Assembly (NCBI GenBank): GCA_038727135.1 | Contig: JAVYWL010000001.1 | Location: 736,001 to 800,000, forward strand | DNA from: Candidatus Bathyarchaeia archaeon | GTDB taxonomy: Archaea; Thermoproteota; Bathyarchaeia; Bathyarchaeales; Bathycorpusculaceae | Length of the DNA: 64,000 nt | Reading direction: 5' to 3' | Notes under the pieces: generated by a model | Database searches by the model: none | What the model was told of the DNA's origin: nothing | The model's input: the letters and a program-made list of their open reading frames with translations, nothing else | Made by a program: the position numbers and the translations under genes | Shown: positions 39,728-48,779 of the stretch, piece after piece | How the letters are laid out: each line of letters opens with the position of its first letter | Position numbering within the stretch: the first letter of the stretch is position 1

Positions 39728-40042
39728 ATGAGCGAGGTTTTCCCCTCAATAATCTTCCAGCTTGGCGTCGGTGGGATAGGCGGCTTCATCTTGGGATTCG
39801 CCCTTAAAAAGTTGAGTAAGCTCATACTGCTTCTGATAGGACTTTTCATTATTGTGCTTCTTTATCTTGGCATGAAGGGAATCATACATGTAAGCATAAA
39901 CTATGAGGCGTTACTAAAAGCGGTGAACGATTTTCTCGGATGGGCTGGCTCAGCCATTTCTTGGCTGGCTAATGTGGTGGCTTTACTGCCCTTCGCTGGA
40001 AGCTTTATTGCTGGTTTCCTTTTAGGCTTAAAACTTGGATAG
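39728..40042 (+). CDS. FUN14 family membrane protein
   Basis: QLGVGGIGGFILGFALKK...GIIHVSINY...LPFAGSFIAGFLLGLKLG. Confidence 0.85.
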   Translation: MSEVFPSIIFQLGVGGIGGFILGFALKKLSKLILLLIGLFIIVLLYLGMKGIIHVSINYEALLKAVNDFLGWAGSAISWLANVVALLPFAGSFIAGFLLGLKLG

Positions 40043-40124
40043 CAAAATAGTTTAAATGGAAGACTCCTCTTGTTAATCCATTAAAACACTCTTAGAATAA
40101 GAGAGTTTACAGAGGCGTTCGGAA

Positions 40125-42902
40125 TTGGAGAGATTTCCAGCAGAGGAGTATGCCCTTCCATTCTTTAAGGAGAAAGGCTATGTTAGGAAGCTTTGTCCAA
40201 AATGCGGCACATACTATTGGACTCTTAACCCCGAGCAGGAAACTTGTGGGGAAGCCAGACCAGAAGGATGTGCCCACTACACTTTTATTGGAAATTCGCC
40301 GACGAAGAGAAGCTACGACCTGCGCGAGATGAGAGAATTCTTCCTATCCTTCTTTGAGAAGCGGGGACACACAAGGATAAAGCCTTACCCTGTTGTGGCG
40401 AGGTGGCGGGACGACATATACTTGACACATGCAAGCATAATTGATTTTCAGCCCTATGTTACAGAGGGGATTGCTCCGCCTCCAGCGAACCCTCTTGTTG
40501 TAGCTCAGCCTTGCATTCGCCTTGTGGACATAGCTAACACCGGTCCAACCTTCGGCAAGTACGTCACAATTTTCGAGATGGGAGGGGAACACGCCTTCAA
40601 CTACTCTGACAAGGAGGTTTACTGGAAGGACGAAACGGTTCGTTATCATGACGAGTTCATCAAAGAGCTGGGCATAAGGCCGGAAGAGGTAATTTACAAG
40701 GAGGAGGTCTGGTCGGGCGGCGGGAATGCCGGTCCATGTTTAGAGTGTATAGTTCGCGGATTAGAGGTTGCCACACTTGTTTTTATGCAGTATAAGGTTG
40801 TCGGCGACAGGTTTATCAAGTTGCCCATACGAACCGTGGATGTTGGCTACGGGATAGACCGTTACGCTTGGCTTTCGCAAGGCTCCGTGAGCGCTTTTCA
40901 CGCCATTTACGGCGAGTTACTTGACAAGGTCTTCAAGATAGCCGGGATAAGCGCCGATTACGATTTGTTGGCAAGGGTTGCCAAGTTTTCAGCTGCAATA
41001 AGCCTTGACAAAACAGGCGGTAGGCTTGAAGCTAGAAGGAGAATAGCCGAGTTGGTGGGCGTTGACGCCGAAAGGCTGGATGAAATTTTGCTTCCAGTTG
41101 AAAACGCCTTTGCAGTTACAGACCACACGAAATGTCTAACTTTTATTCTTTCTGAAGGGGTTGTGCCCTCCAATATTCAGGAGGGTTATTTGGCTAGGCT
41201 TCTTTTCCGCAGAATCTACCGCCTATTAAGGATGTTGGGCATCACGGACAAGCTTTACGATCTTTTTGAACTGCAGATTGATTACTGGTCTTTGGACTAT
41301 TCACATCTTAGGGAAATGCGCAACGAAATATTGGAGATTCTCGCTGTTGAGGAGGAAAAGTATAAGGAAACCATAGCTAGAGGCGAACGCCTTGTAAGGA
41401 GGCTTGCCGGAGAGCTTAAGGCTAAAGGTGTTGGGTGTGTTCCAGTTGAAACCATGACTGAGCTTTATGATTCGCATGGTGTTCCGCCCGAAATCGTTAA
41501 GGAAATAGCCGAAACTGAGGGTTTGGAGGCAACTGTTCCGGAAAATTTCTATGCTTTGATTGCTGAGAGGCACATGCAATCCCAGAAGCTGACTAAAGAG
41601 GAGGCTAAAACTGAAAAGTGGCTTGAGGATGAGGTGGCTGGTCTTCCAGAGACGGAGGCGCTTTATTATGAGGACCAGTACTTGCGGGAGTTTGAGGCAA
41701 AAGTCTTGAAGGTTATTGGCGGTGGCGAATACGTCGTTTTGGATAAAACGTGTTTCTATCCGGAGGGTGGCGGGCAACCGTCAGACACTGGTTGGCTATT
41801 TTTTGAAGACGGGAAAGCCGAAGTTTTAGATGTGCAGAAGGTTGGCAAGGTTATTGTCCACAAAATTGGTGGTAAAAAGGCTCCAGTGGAAGGCGCCACT
41901 GTTAAGGGGGTTATCGACTGGGATAAGCGCTACGCCCTAATGAAGGCGCACACAGCCACCCACATTGTTAATGGCGCGGCGCGGCGTGTTTTGGGGCAAC
42001 ATGTCTGGCAGTTTGGCACACAAAAGGGCGTTGAAAGTTCAAGGCTCGACATATCCCACTACCGCAGATTAACACGGGAAGAGGTGCAGAAAATAGAGGC
42101 TTTAGCCAACGAGGCTGTTTTCAGAAACATACCAGTTGAAACCATGTGGCTTCCAAGGTCGGAAGCTGAAAGCCAATACGGCTTTAGGCTTTACCAAGGT
42201 GGGGCCGTCCCGGGAAAAGAAATCCGCATTGTGAAGGTTGGAGACTGGGAGGTTGAAGCTTGCGCCGGAACCCACGTTCAGAATACTGGCGAGATAGGCT
42301 TCATAAAAATAACCCATTCGGAGAGGATTCAAGACGGTGTTGAAAGGCTTGTTTATGCTGTTGGAATCCAAGCCTTAAAGGCTGTGCAGAGGAATGAGGA
42401 ACTCCTCTGGCGGGTTTCAGAAATCCTCAACGCACCACTGGAAAAATTGGACAAAACAGCCGAAAAACTCGTTAAAGAACTGAAAGAAGTAAAGGCAGAG
42501 AGAAAAAAGCTTGTTGAGAAACTGGCTAAAAAGGCTGAGCCAAGCCTTGAGGTTGTCCGGGAAATAGGCGAAGTTAGGCTCGTGACACGCGATTTTAAGG
42601 ACGAGATAGACGTTGATGTTATGGTTCAAACAGCAAACGAAATAATAAGGAAGGATGACTCGGCAGTTGCCGTGTTTTATGGCTCCGATGGCAAAACAGC
42701 CAGAATAATGGTTATGGCTGGGAAGAAGGCTGTTGAAAAAGGCGTTAACGCAGCCGAAATTGTCCAAGAAACCTCGGCAATAATCGGCGGCGGAGGCGGT
42801 GGAAGAACAAACTTTGCACAGGGTGGAGGCACAAAACCAGAGAGACTGAAAGAGGCTCTAGAAAGGGTTGAGGAAATTTTGAGGAGGCAGATTGGCGCAT
42901 AA
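40125..42902 (+). CDS. alaS: Alanine--tRNA ligase
   Basis: YPVVARWR, ASIIDFQP, WSGGGNAGP, HTATH/EACAGTH editing domain, GGGGG...AQGGG. Confidence 0.97.
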   Translation: MERFPAEEYALPFFKEKGYVRKLCPKCGTYYWTLNPEQETCGEARPEGCAHYTFIGNSPTKRSYDLREMREFFLSFFEKRGHTRIKPYPVVARWRDDIYLTHASIIDFQPYVTEGIAPPPANPLVVAQPCIRLVDIANTGPTFGKYVTIFEMGGEHAFNYSDKEVYWKDETVRYHDEFIKELGIRPEEVIYKEEVWSGGGNAGPCLECIVRGLEVATLVFMQYKVVGDRFIKLPIRTVDVGYGIDRYAWLSQGSVSAFHAIYGELLDKVFKIAGISADYDLLARVAKFSAAISLDKTGGRLEARRRIAELVGVDAERLDEILLPVENAFAVTDHTKCLTFILSEGVVPSNIQEGYLARLLFRRIYRLLRMLGITDKLYDLFELQIDYWSLDYSHLREMRNEILEILAVEEEKYKETIARGERLVRRLAGELKAKGVGCVPVETMTELYDSHGVPPEIVKEIAETEGLEATVPENFYALIAERHMQSQKLTKEEAKTEKWLEDEVAGLPETEALYYEDQYLREFEAKVLKVIGGGEYVVLDKTCFYPEGGGQPSDTGWLFFEDGKAEVLDVQKVGKVIVHKIGGKKAPVEGATVKGVIDWDKRYALMKAHTATHIVNGAARRVLGQHVWQFGTQKGVESSRLDISHYRRLTREEVQKIEALANEAVFRNIPVETMWLPRSEAESQYGFRLYQGGAVPGKEIRIVKVGDWEVEACAGTHVQNTGEIGFIKITHSERIQDGVERLVYAVGIQALKAVQRNEELLWRVSEILNAPLEKLDKTAEKLVKELKEVKAERKKLVEKLAKKAEPSLEVVREIGEVRLVTRDFKDEIDVDVMVQTANEIIRKDDSAVAVFYGSDGKTARIMVMAGKKAVEKGVNAAEIVQETSAIIGGGGGGRTNFAQGGGTKPERLKEALERVEEILRRQIGA

Positions 42903-43000
42903 TTCTCGGTTTTTGTTCTAGAAAAAGCCTCTAAAAGAAAACTTCAGAAGGCATTTAAACAATTTCTGCAAAACTATTAAGTACGCTGGAGGACACGTTC

Positions 43001-43216
43001 ACGGATAAGTCTATTGCAGAAATTCTTGAACTGCTTGAGGATGGCGAATGGCGTCTTTTAGATGATATACAACGCAAAACAAATCTTAGTCGTCGAGACA
43101 TTAAAAAGGCAATAGAATTTCTCGCCAAGTATAATTTTGTGGTTGTTGATGAAAGCGGCGAAAAGGTGAGGCTTAGCGATGTTTATCTCAAAACTTTACT
43201 TCATAAGCCCCAGTAA
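43001..43216 (+). CDS. Small winged-helix protein (71 aa) with apparent ACG start
   Basis: Not in ORF track: DKSIAEILELLEDGEWRLLDDIQRKTNLSRRDIKKAIEFLAKYNFVVVDESGEKVRLS; GGAGGA SD 7 nt upstream of ACG. Confidence 0.7.
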   Translation, partial: TDKSIAEILELLEDGEWRLLDDIQRKTNLSRRDIKKAIEFLAKYNFVVVDESGEKVRLSDVYLKTLLHKPQ

Positions 43217-43483
43217 TCCCTTGTAGGTTTCTAGGAAGCGTTCGCCCTTCTCCGTAATCCTAAAAAGGCTTGTGTTGTTGCTGTTGTCCTCTATGGCTTT
43301 TAGGAGTCCCCTTTTTAGGAGAAGGTTCAAATAGTTTTCCAGTTGCCTGAAGCTTAAATTGCAGCGGTACATGAGGCATGTTTTCCTTGTTTTCCCTTTT
43401 GAGGCTTCTAGGATGTCTGCGATTATGTCTAGGCTTCCTCGATGTTTGTTGCTGCGCTTCTTGTTATTTGTTTGCAGGTTCAA
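43196..43483 (-). CDS. Winged-helix transcriptional regulator (HTH_45-like)
   Basis: RGSLDIIADIL..KTCLMYRCNLSFRQLENYL..FRITEKGERFL. Confidence 0.88.
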   Translation of the reverse strand: MNLQTNNKKRSNKHRGSLDIIADILEASKGKTRKTCLMYRCNLSFRQLENYLNLLLKRGLLKAIEDNSNNTSLFRITEKGERFLETYKGLLGLMK

Positions 43484-43611
43484 TATGTTGCCTCCTTTAG
43501 GGAGGCTTAAAAGGTTCCCTTCTCCCGGTAGAATAATTCACAGAGGCAAATTTAAGTGTTCTGAAAAGAAGAAGCGTGTTGGAAAATGAGGGATTCTGTC
43601 CCTAAGCCCCT

Positions 43612-44025
43612 TTAAAATTGGAGTTTTTTGAGGGGTTTTTCTACGTCGGCATTTTTCTCGAGAAATATGCTGATTCTGTTTTCGCCTATTGTCAGGGAGA
43701 GGATTTTGACGTCTCTTCCTTCCACGAGGATGTTGTTGAAGTCGCCTAGGCTGAAAAGCTCTGATAGTTCTTCTGCCGCGTCCAGTGCCGATGAGGATAG
43801 GATGGCGTATTCTATTAGTTTTGTTGGGTCTTTGAGGTCTATTGCGGCTGATGTGGCGTTTCGCAGTATATACCCTATAACGCCTTCGTAGCTCTTAATC
43901 TCTTCTAGGCGGGTTTTTAGGTCTTCTGTTGTTGATGTTTCTATGGCTATTGGTGGGGCTAGCGCTTCTGTTGTTGCGGTTTCTTCTAGGCTTTTCTTTC
44001 TCTTTGTCATAACCTTTGCCTCCAC
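43612..44025 (-). CDS. Roadblock/LC7 domain protein
   Basis: LEEIKSYEGVIGYIL...LGDFNNILVEGRDVKILSLTIGENRISIF fits the Roadblock topology. Confidence 0.75.
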   Translation of the reverse strand: MEAKVMTKRKKSLEETATTEALAPPIAIETSTTEDLKTRLEEIKSYEGVIGYILRNATSAAIDLKDPTKLIEYAILSSSALDAAEELSELFSLGDFNNILVEGRDVKILSLTIGENRISIFLEKNADVEKPLKKLQF

Positions 44026-44027
44026 TT

Positions 44028-44867
44028 TTATTCTATTATGGGCTTAACCCTGACGAGTTCGCCCTTCTTTATCTCTAGGGTTAACTGCATTTTTTCTGGG
44101 ATTTGCACAATTCCCTTGCCAAGATATTTCGAGTCTTTTATGGGCTTAACTTTACATTTTGTTGTTTTTCCATCGAAGGTTTCTATCTCAACATATTCAA
44201 CCTTTTTGCCCTCGAACATGTTTTCCCATTGGGTTAGGGTTTCGTTGTCTATGCGCACAGTGTCTGATGGCACCAACAAGCCTCCAATGTTTTCCACTAT
44301 GAGCTGTGTGGCTGACACTTCGAAGGATGGCACTTCTGTTTTAACTTCCTCTTCTTCCTCTTCTTTCGTTTTCTCTATAATTGGTTCTTCGGCAACCTCC
44401 TCTGGGGGTTCGCCGATTTTTGGGGTTTCTGGTTCGCTTATGGCTGGTGGTGTTGGTATTGCCGTCTTCTGTGGGGGTATGTTTTTGAGGGGGGTAGGGC
44501 TGATTTTCTCTAGCAGCTTAAGAACTGTTGGGATCAGGACGCGGGTTAAAGTGTTTATGTAGTTTAGGTCTGCCTTTGCAGACGTAACCATGACTAAGTG
44601 ATTTTCGCCGAAACTGTGGAGGGTTACCGTGCCGCCGCCACATTTTAGGGTTACCGCCTCAACTCCTCCTATGGCTTCAGCCCTGCTAAAAATGCCGTTG
44701 AAGGCGTCTAAAACTCGAACAATGACCTTTTGTGGAGTTTCCGCGTCTCCAGCGATTATTTCGCCTGTCCCTTTGAAGATGAAGGCGTGCTGTATTTCTG
44801 GGCAAGCGTTTCGCATCTCGTTTAAGGCATTTTGTAGCGCAATCGCATAGACATCATTTTCCATCAT
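44028..44867 (-). CDS. Roadblock domain + Pro/Glu linker + C-terminal double-psi beta-barrel (Cdc48-N-like)
   Basis: N-terminal PEIQHAFIFKGTGEII...HLVMVTSAKADL; C-terminal TVRID...VEIE...GKGIVQIPEKMQLTLEIKKGELVRVKP. Confidence 0.65.
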   Translation of the reverse strand: MMENDVYAIALQNALNEMRNACPEIQHAFIFKGTGEIIAGDAETPQKVIVRVLDAFNGIFSRAEAIGGVEAVTLKCGGGTVTLHSFGENHLVMVTSAKADLNYINTLTRVLIPTVLKLLEKISPTPLKNIPPQKTAIPTPPAISEPETPKIGEPPEEVAEEPIIEKTKEEEEEEVKTEVPSFEVSATQLIVENIGGLLVPSDTVRIDNETLTQWENMFEGKKVEYVEIETFDGKTTKCKVKPIKDSKYLGKGIVQIPEKMQLTLEIKKGELVRVKPIIE

Positions 44868-44898
44868 GTTTTCACCACTTTGAAAGGAAGCTTTTGAC

Positions 44899-45324
44899 TT
44901 ATGTTATTTTGAATAGAATGCGCTCTGGAACGCCGTCGTTTTCCACAACAATATATTTTAAGCCTTCAGTGTCACCCAGCTGGTCAAGCCACTTCAAGGC
45001 TTCTCTTGCCTTCTGCAACACTAGAAGCCTCTCCTGATAACTGCGCACAACCTGCTCTATGGCTGTCAGCTCGTGGAATGGGTTGGCATCCAAAACAATG
45101 CTTAGGCTGCCAACCGTGATTTCGCCGAGGCTTTCGGCAGCCGCCTTCTTCCCAGCCAACTTCATAACCACCTCTCGGATTTTTTTAGACTTTTCAGCCA
45201 AAGCCCTAATCTCGTCTAGGCGGCGCAGGTACTCGCCCAAGGTGCTCTTAGTTTCGGCGATCTGCTTCTCCAGGGTTTCGGCTATGTCTTCAGCCGAAGC
45301 ATACTCCTTTATTTCAACCACCAT
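44899..45324 (-). CDS. Coiled-coil hypothetical protein (helix-hairpin-helix, prefoldin-like architecture)
   Basis: Two long amphipathic helices around a GEITVGSLSIVL hairpin; GGAGGTG SD. Confidence 0.7.
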   Translation of the reverse strand: MVVEIKEYASAEDIAETLEKQIAETKSTLGEYLRRLDEIRALAEKSKKIREVVMKLAGKKAAAESLGEITVGSLSIVLDANPFHELTAIEQVVRSYQERLLVLQKAREALKWLDQLGDTEGLKYIVVENDGVPERILFKIT

Positions 45325-45416
45325 ACGATTTTACACCTCCAACATGGGAACAATAGAATAGAGGGGAAATTTTCGGAGTGGCTAACGCCCTACCCCCAAT
45401 CCCAACATGAAGAAAT

Positions 45417-45872
45417 CTAAGGTGACGGCGCTGGTTTTATGTACGGGCCGACAACGACGCCCTTTGCTGTTAGGAGTGTAAACTCATAGTTAACCCCAGA
45501 TCTGAATGGCCAGGTTGTGAATGTTATTGTAAAAGTCACGCTGTCCCCTTTTTCAAGATCGTAAGGTAAAGTTTTATCCAAGAGCCCGTTGCCAGTGCTA
45601 TTGAAGTTCTTATAGGTTATACCATCTATTCTAATATCAGTTATTGTTGAAGTAGTAGATCCTATGTTCACAACGTCTATGTAGACTTTCTTTACTGTAG
45701 CTGTATATTCATATCTGACATCTGTGATTTGTAGTTTTTCCGTTTGCATTTGTCCTGTTGTTAGGGAGCCCATCCATACGGCTACTGCTAGGCTGACGGC
45801 GACTGTTACTGCTATGAGGATGATGGATGCTACTACGGGGCTTAGGGCTTTAACGTTCTTCAGTATTTTCAT
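45417..45872 (-). CDS. Archaeal type IV pilin/archaellin-like protein
   Basis: Class III signal peptide MKILKNVKA|LSPVVASIILIAVTVAVSLAVAVW followed by a beta-rich domain. Confidence 0.9.
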   Translation of the reverse strand: MKILKNVKALSPVVASIILIAVTVAVSLAVAVWMGSLTTGQMQTEKLQITDVRYEYTATVKKVYIDVVNIGSTTSTITDIRIDGITYKNFNSTGNGLLDKTLPYDLEKGDSVTFTITFTTWPFRSGVNYEFTLLTAKGVVVGPYIKPAPSP

Positions 45873-46052
45873 TTTCTTTTTAATCCCTCCCTTTTTGTTG
45901 TCGTGTATGTTAGGGGAAGCTTAGAATTTAAATCTTACGACTTAATACACCATATTATCCATTTGTAAAACAAAACAACAAAACCACGCCACAAAACCAT
46001 AAAGGGGACTAGACACTATTGGCACACTCACAACCAAAACAACAATAAAAAT

Positions 46053-46215
46053 CCTAGAGGGGGTATCCAATTTAACAACATCTGCGCTCCTAAAATTGAC
46101 TTGCACCGTGACAAAACCTAGAGAGAGAGGGGATAAAGAAAATGGCGCCAGAAAATTATCCAAATTCTAGAGGGGGCTACCAATTTTGCAGTTTCCCGCT
46201 AGCAACAAAATTGAC
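46053..46215. repeat. Dispersed ~48-bp intergenic repeat, copies 2 (46053-46100) and 3 (46166-46215), plus a partial copy at ~46113-46133
   Basis: Shared CTAGAGGGGG(TAT/CTA)CCAATTT...AAAATTGAC frame with variable centre. Confidence 0.75.
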
Positions 46216-46287
46216 ATTTAAATAACTACAAATCGAAAATTACCAGAGACCTTACCCGCTCTTTAAACAAATCAAAAGAGGAGAAGC

Positions 46288-46623
46288 CTAAACGCCAAGC
46301 TCATCAAAGAACTTCAGCAGAAGCCTCGCCACCTTATCGCCAAACTCTGTCTTCTCATACTTCCTCTTTAACGGATCTAACCGCTCGCTCTTCGCCAAGC
46401 CCAAATCCTCAATCTCCATCATCCTAGCCCTAAAAGTGCCATCACTAAGCGTCAAGCCATTAGCCCTCATAAACTCCTTGGCTTCCTTCCACTTCCCCCG
46501 CCCCAAATACAATAGGAAAATACAGTCAATGGCATGGTCCTTCTCCAACATAGCCTTAATAGCCGAAAGCCTAGGATCCGTCAATATACGCCTAATCTTC
46601 TCCTCTTCCCCACTCCTACTCAT
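46288..46623 (-). CDS. Winged-helix protein (HxlR/MarR-like)
   Basis: LSDGTFRARMMEIEDLGLA...RKYEKTEFG wing pattern. Confidence 0.75.
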   Translation of the reverse strand: MSRSGEEEKIRRILTDPRLSAIKAMLEKDHAIDCIFLLYLGRGKWKEAKEFMRANGLTLSDGTFRARMMEIEDLGLAKSERLDPLKRKYEKTEFGDKVARLLLKFFDELGV

Positions 46624-46722
46624 TCAAACCAACCATCCGCTCACGCTTTCTGTTATAGGCTATTCTGCTTAAAAGATTTAACCTATATTACGATTTATGA
46701 TTTATTACGCAAATCACTATTT

Positions 46723-47064
46723 TCACGAAGAAATATGCGCAATAAAATTTTCCGGAGTGTATTGCAGTATGCCCCTTGCTTGGTAGGCAAAGCCCCTAGC
46801 CACAAGAACCTTCAATATTTTCTGCGGACATAAGCGCTGCTTTATCAATAGTTCCAACGCATGGGTATAGTTGCGGTTAAGCTCCCTAACAGCCAAAACC
46901 TGTTGTTTTCTAGATAAAGCGTAATCCTTGCATTCCACAAGATAAGCCAAACTCATGTCAGGCTTAACAGCCAAAACATCGCAGTGATTCTGCCTCGTAA
47001 AGACTATGAAGCCCCTCTTTCGGAAGGCTTCAGAAACGGTGTCTTCAAGCAATGTGCCGCTCAT
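46723..47064 (-). CDS. Small PD-(D/E)xK nuclease-fold protein (Hjc/Mrr-like)
   Basis: LEDTVSEAFRKRGF...CDVLAV...LVECKD. Confidence 0.7.
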   Translation of the reverse strand: MSGTLLEDTVSEAFRKRGFIVFTRQNHCDVLAVKPDMSLAYLVECKDYALSRKQQVLAVRELNRNYTHALELLIKQRLCPQKILKVLVARGFAYQARGILQYTPENFIAHISS

Positions 47065-47180
47065 TTCCAGCCCATGTTTAAAATGTCCTCCAAACGCATT
47101 GTTAAGTGTTTTTCGGTTTCATTTGACTAGGAAAGTTTAAATAAAATATGATTAACTTCTAGTTTGCAAACAGGGAACGG

Positions 47181-47675
47181 ATGCATAGAATGTCAAGCCA
47201 AACAGCCAGAGAGTTCCGTCACATACTAAGGATAACGGACACGGATATAGACGGCTCTCTGAAGGCGTCCTACGCCCTAAGAAAGATTAAGGGCATAAGC
47301 CTAAACCTAGCCAACGCCATCCTCAAAAAGGCTGGAATAGACCCAAACATAAGGGCTGGCTTCTTAACAGAGGCGGAAGTTGAAAAAATAGAGGAAATAA
47401 TCAAAGAACCAACAAAATTTGGGCTACCAGGCTGGCTCTTAAACAGGCGGAAGGATTTAGAAACCGGAAAGGACATGCACCTAATAAGCGCAGACCTAAT
47501 CCTAAGAACAAAAATGGATATCGAAAAAATGAAAGAGCTGAAGTCTTGGCGGGGATACAGACACGCCTATGGATTAAAAGTTAGAGGACAAAGAACACGG
47601 ACAACAGGGAGGACGGGCAAAGCCGTTGGAGTCAAAAAGAAGGCTGCCGCGAAACCTGGAGGCGGTGGCAAGTAA
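47181..47675 (+). CDS. rps13: 30S ribosomal protein S13 (uS13)
   Basis: FRHILRI, IKGIS, WLLNRRKD, GLKVRGQRTRTTGR. Confidence 0.97.
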   Translation: MHRMSSQTAREFRHILRITDTDIDGSLKASYALRKIKGISLNLANAILKKAGIDPNIRAGFLTEAEVEKIEEIIKEPTKFGLPGWLLNRRKDLETGKDMHLISADLILRTKMDIEKMKELKSWRGYRHAYGLKVRGQRTRTTGRTGKAVGVKKKAAAKPGGGGK

Positions 47676-47677
47676 CC

Positions 47678-48250
47678 ATGGGAGACCCTAAAAAACAGAA
47701 AAAGAAGTATGAAACACCGCGTTTTCCATGGCGGACAGACGTCCTCCAAGAAGAGCTTAAACTCTTGGGACAGTATGGCTTACGGAACAAACGCGAATTG
47801 TGGCGCCACAAAACCATGCTTTCAAAATTTAGGGGCATAGCTCGCTCTCTTATAGGGAAGGCTCCGGAAGAAAGGAGAAAAATGGAGGAAGAACTCCTAT
47901 CACGCTTAAAGAAGCTTGGAATAATCCATGAAACAGCAGTTTTAGACGATGTTTTAGACTTAACAGTTGAGGACATACTCGAAAGGCGTCTCCAAACAAT
48001 AGTCTTCAGAAAGGGACTAGCCAAATCAATTTATCAAGCTAGGCAGCTAATAACTCACGGACATATAGCGATAGGCGACCAACGCGTGACAGTGCCAAGC
48101 TACCTAGTGACGAGAGAAGAAGAGGCTAAAATTGCCTACGCACCGGACAGCCCCCTAGCAAACCCAAGCCACCCAATACGCCAAATGATAGCCGTTGCAG
48201 CCACGACACAGGCTGGAAAGAAAGCTGGAAAAGAGAGGGGTGAAGAATAA
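47678..48250 (+). CDS. rps4: 30S ribosomal protein S4 (uS4)
   Basis: [32 protein letters not shown]. Confidence 0.97.
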   Translation: MGDPKKQKKKYETPRFPWRTDVLQEELKLLGQYGLRNKRELWRHKTMLSKFRGIARSLIGKAPEERRKMEEELLSRLKKLGIIHETAVLDDVLDLTVEDILERRLQTIVFRKGLAKSIYQARQLITHGHIAIGDQRVTVPSYLVTREEEAKIAYAPDSPLANPSHPIRQMIAVAATTQAGKKAGKERGEE

Positions 48251-48251
48251 A

Positions 48252-48695
48252 ATGAGCAGCGGCAGTAGCGGAGGCACAAGCACAATCGGAACAACAACCG
48301 CAACGAAAAAAACTGAAAAGTGGGGCGTAGTCCACATATACAGCTCATACAACAACACAATAGTCCACATAACAGACCTTTCAGGAGCAGAAACCATAGC
48401 CAGAACATCAGGCGGCATGTTCGTAAAAGCCGACAGGCTTGAGTCGTCGCCATACGCCGCCATGAGAGCAGCCTCAGCAGCAGCAGAAATAGCCAAAGAC
48501 AAGGGAATAACAGCCATCCACATAAAAGTGCGGGCGCCAGGCGGACCAGGACCAAGAACGCCTGGACCGGGCGCACAAGCAGCCATAAGAGCCCTAGCCA
48601 GAGCAGGATTCCGCATAGGCAGGATAGAAGAGGTCACTCCTATACCGCATGATGGCACACGGAGACCTGGCGGAAGAAGGGGAAGAAGAGTCTAG
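48252..48695 (+). CDS. rps11: 30S ribosomal protein S11 (uS11)
   Basis: [42 protein letters not shown]. Confidence 0.97.
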   Translation: MSSGSSGGTSTIGTTTATKKTEKWGVVHIYSSYNNTIVHITDLSGAETIARTSGGMFVKADRLESSPYAAMRAASAAAEIAKDKGITAIHIKVRAPGGPGPRTPGPGAQAAIRALARAGFRIGRIEEVTPIPHDGTRRPGGRRGRRV

Positions 48696-48779
48696 CAGTT
48701 TCTAAATCTAGTCGCTTCGCCGATTGTTGAAAATAACGCTTTTTATAGTTCAAAATCAAGATTAAAGGCTGGTGGAAAG

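Noticed and set aside
40540-40600. AlaRS motif 2 reads GKYVTIFEM instead of GRHxTxFEM
   Set aside because: The rest of the enzyme, including the editing site, is intact; significance cannot be judged without an alignment
45343-45410. Possible H/ACA-like hairpin (UGGGA...UCCCA-ACA) between the pilin and coiled-coil genes
   Set aside because: No clear K-turn or K-loop, weak upper stem and poor pocket-to-ACA spacing; may just be an intercistronic structure
45942-46163. 73-aa ORF across the repeat region
   Set aside because: Runs through the non-coding repeats, has biased composition and no recognisable domain
46053-46215. G-string repeats as origin recognition boxes (ORB) or a CRISPR array
   Set aside because: They lack the TCCAxTGGAAA-type dyad before the G-string, and no cdc6/orc1 is nearby; spacing is irregular, copies are degenerate and there are no cas genes
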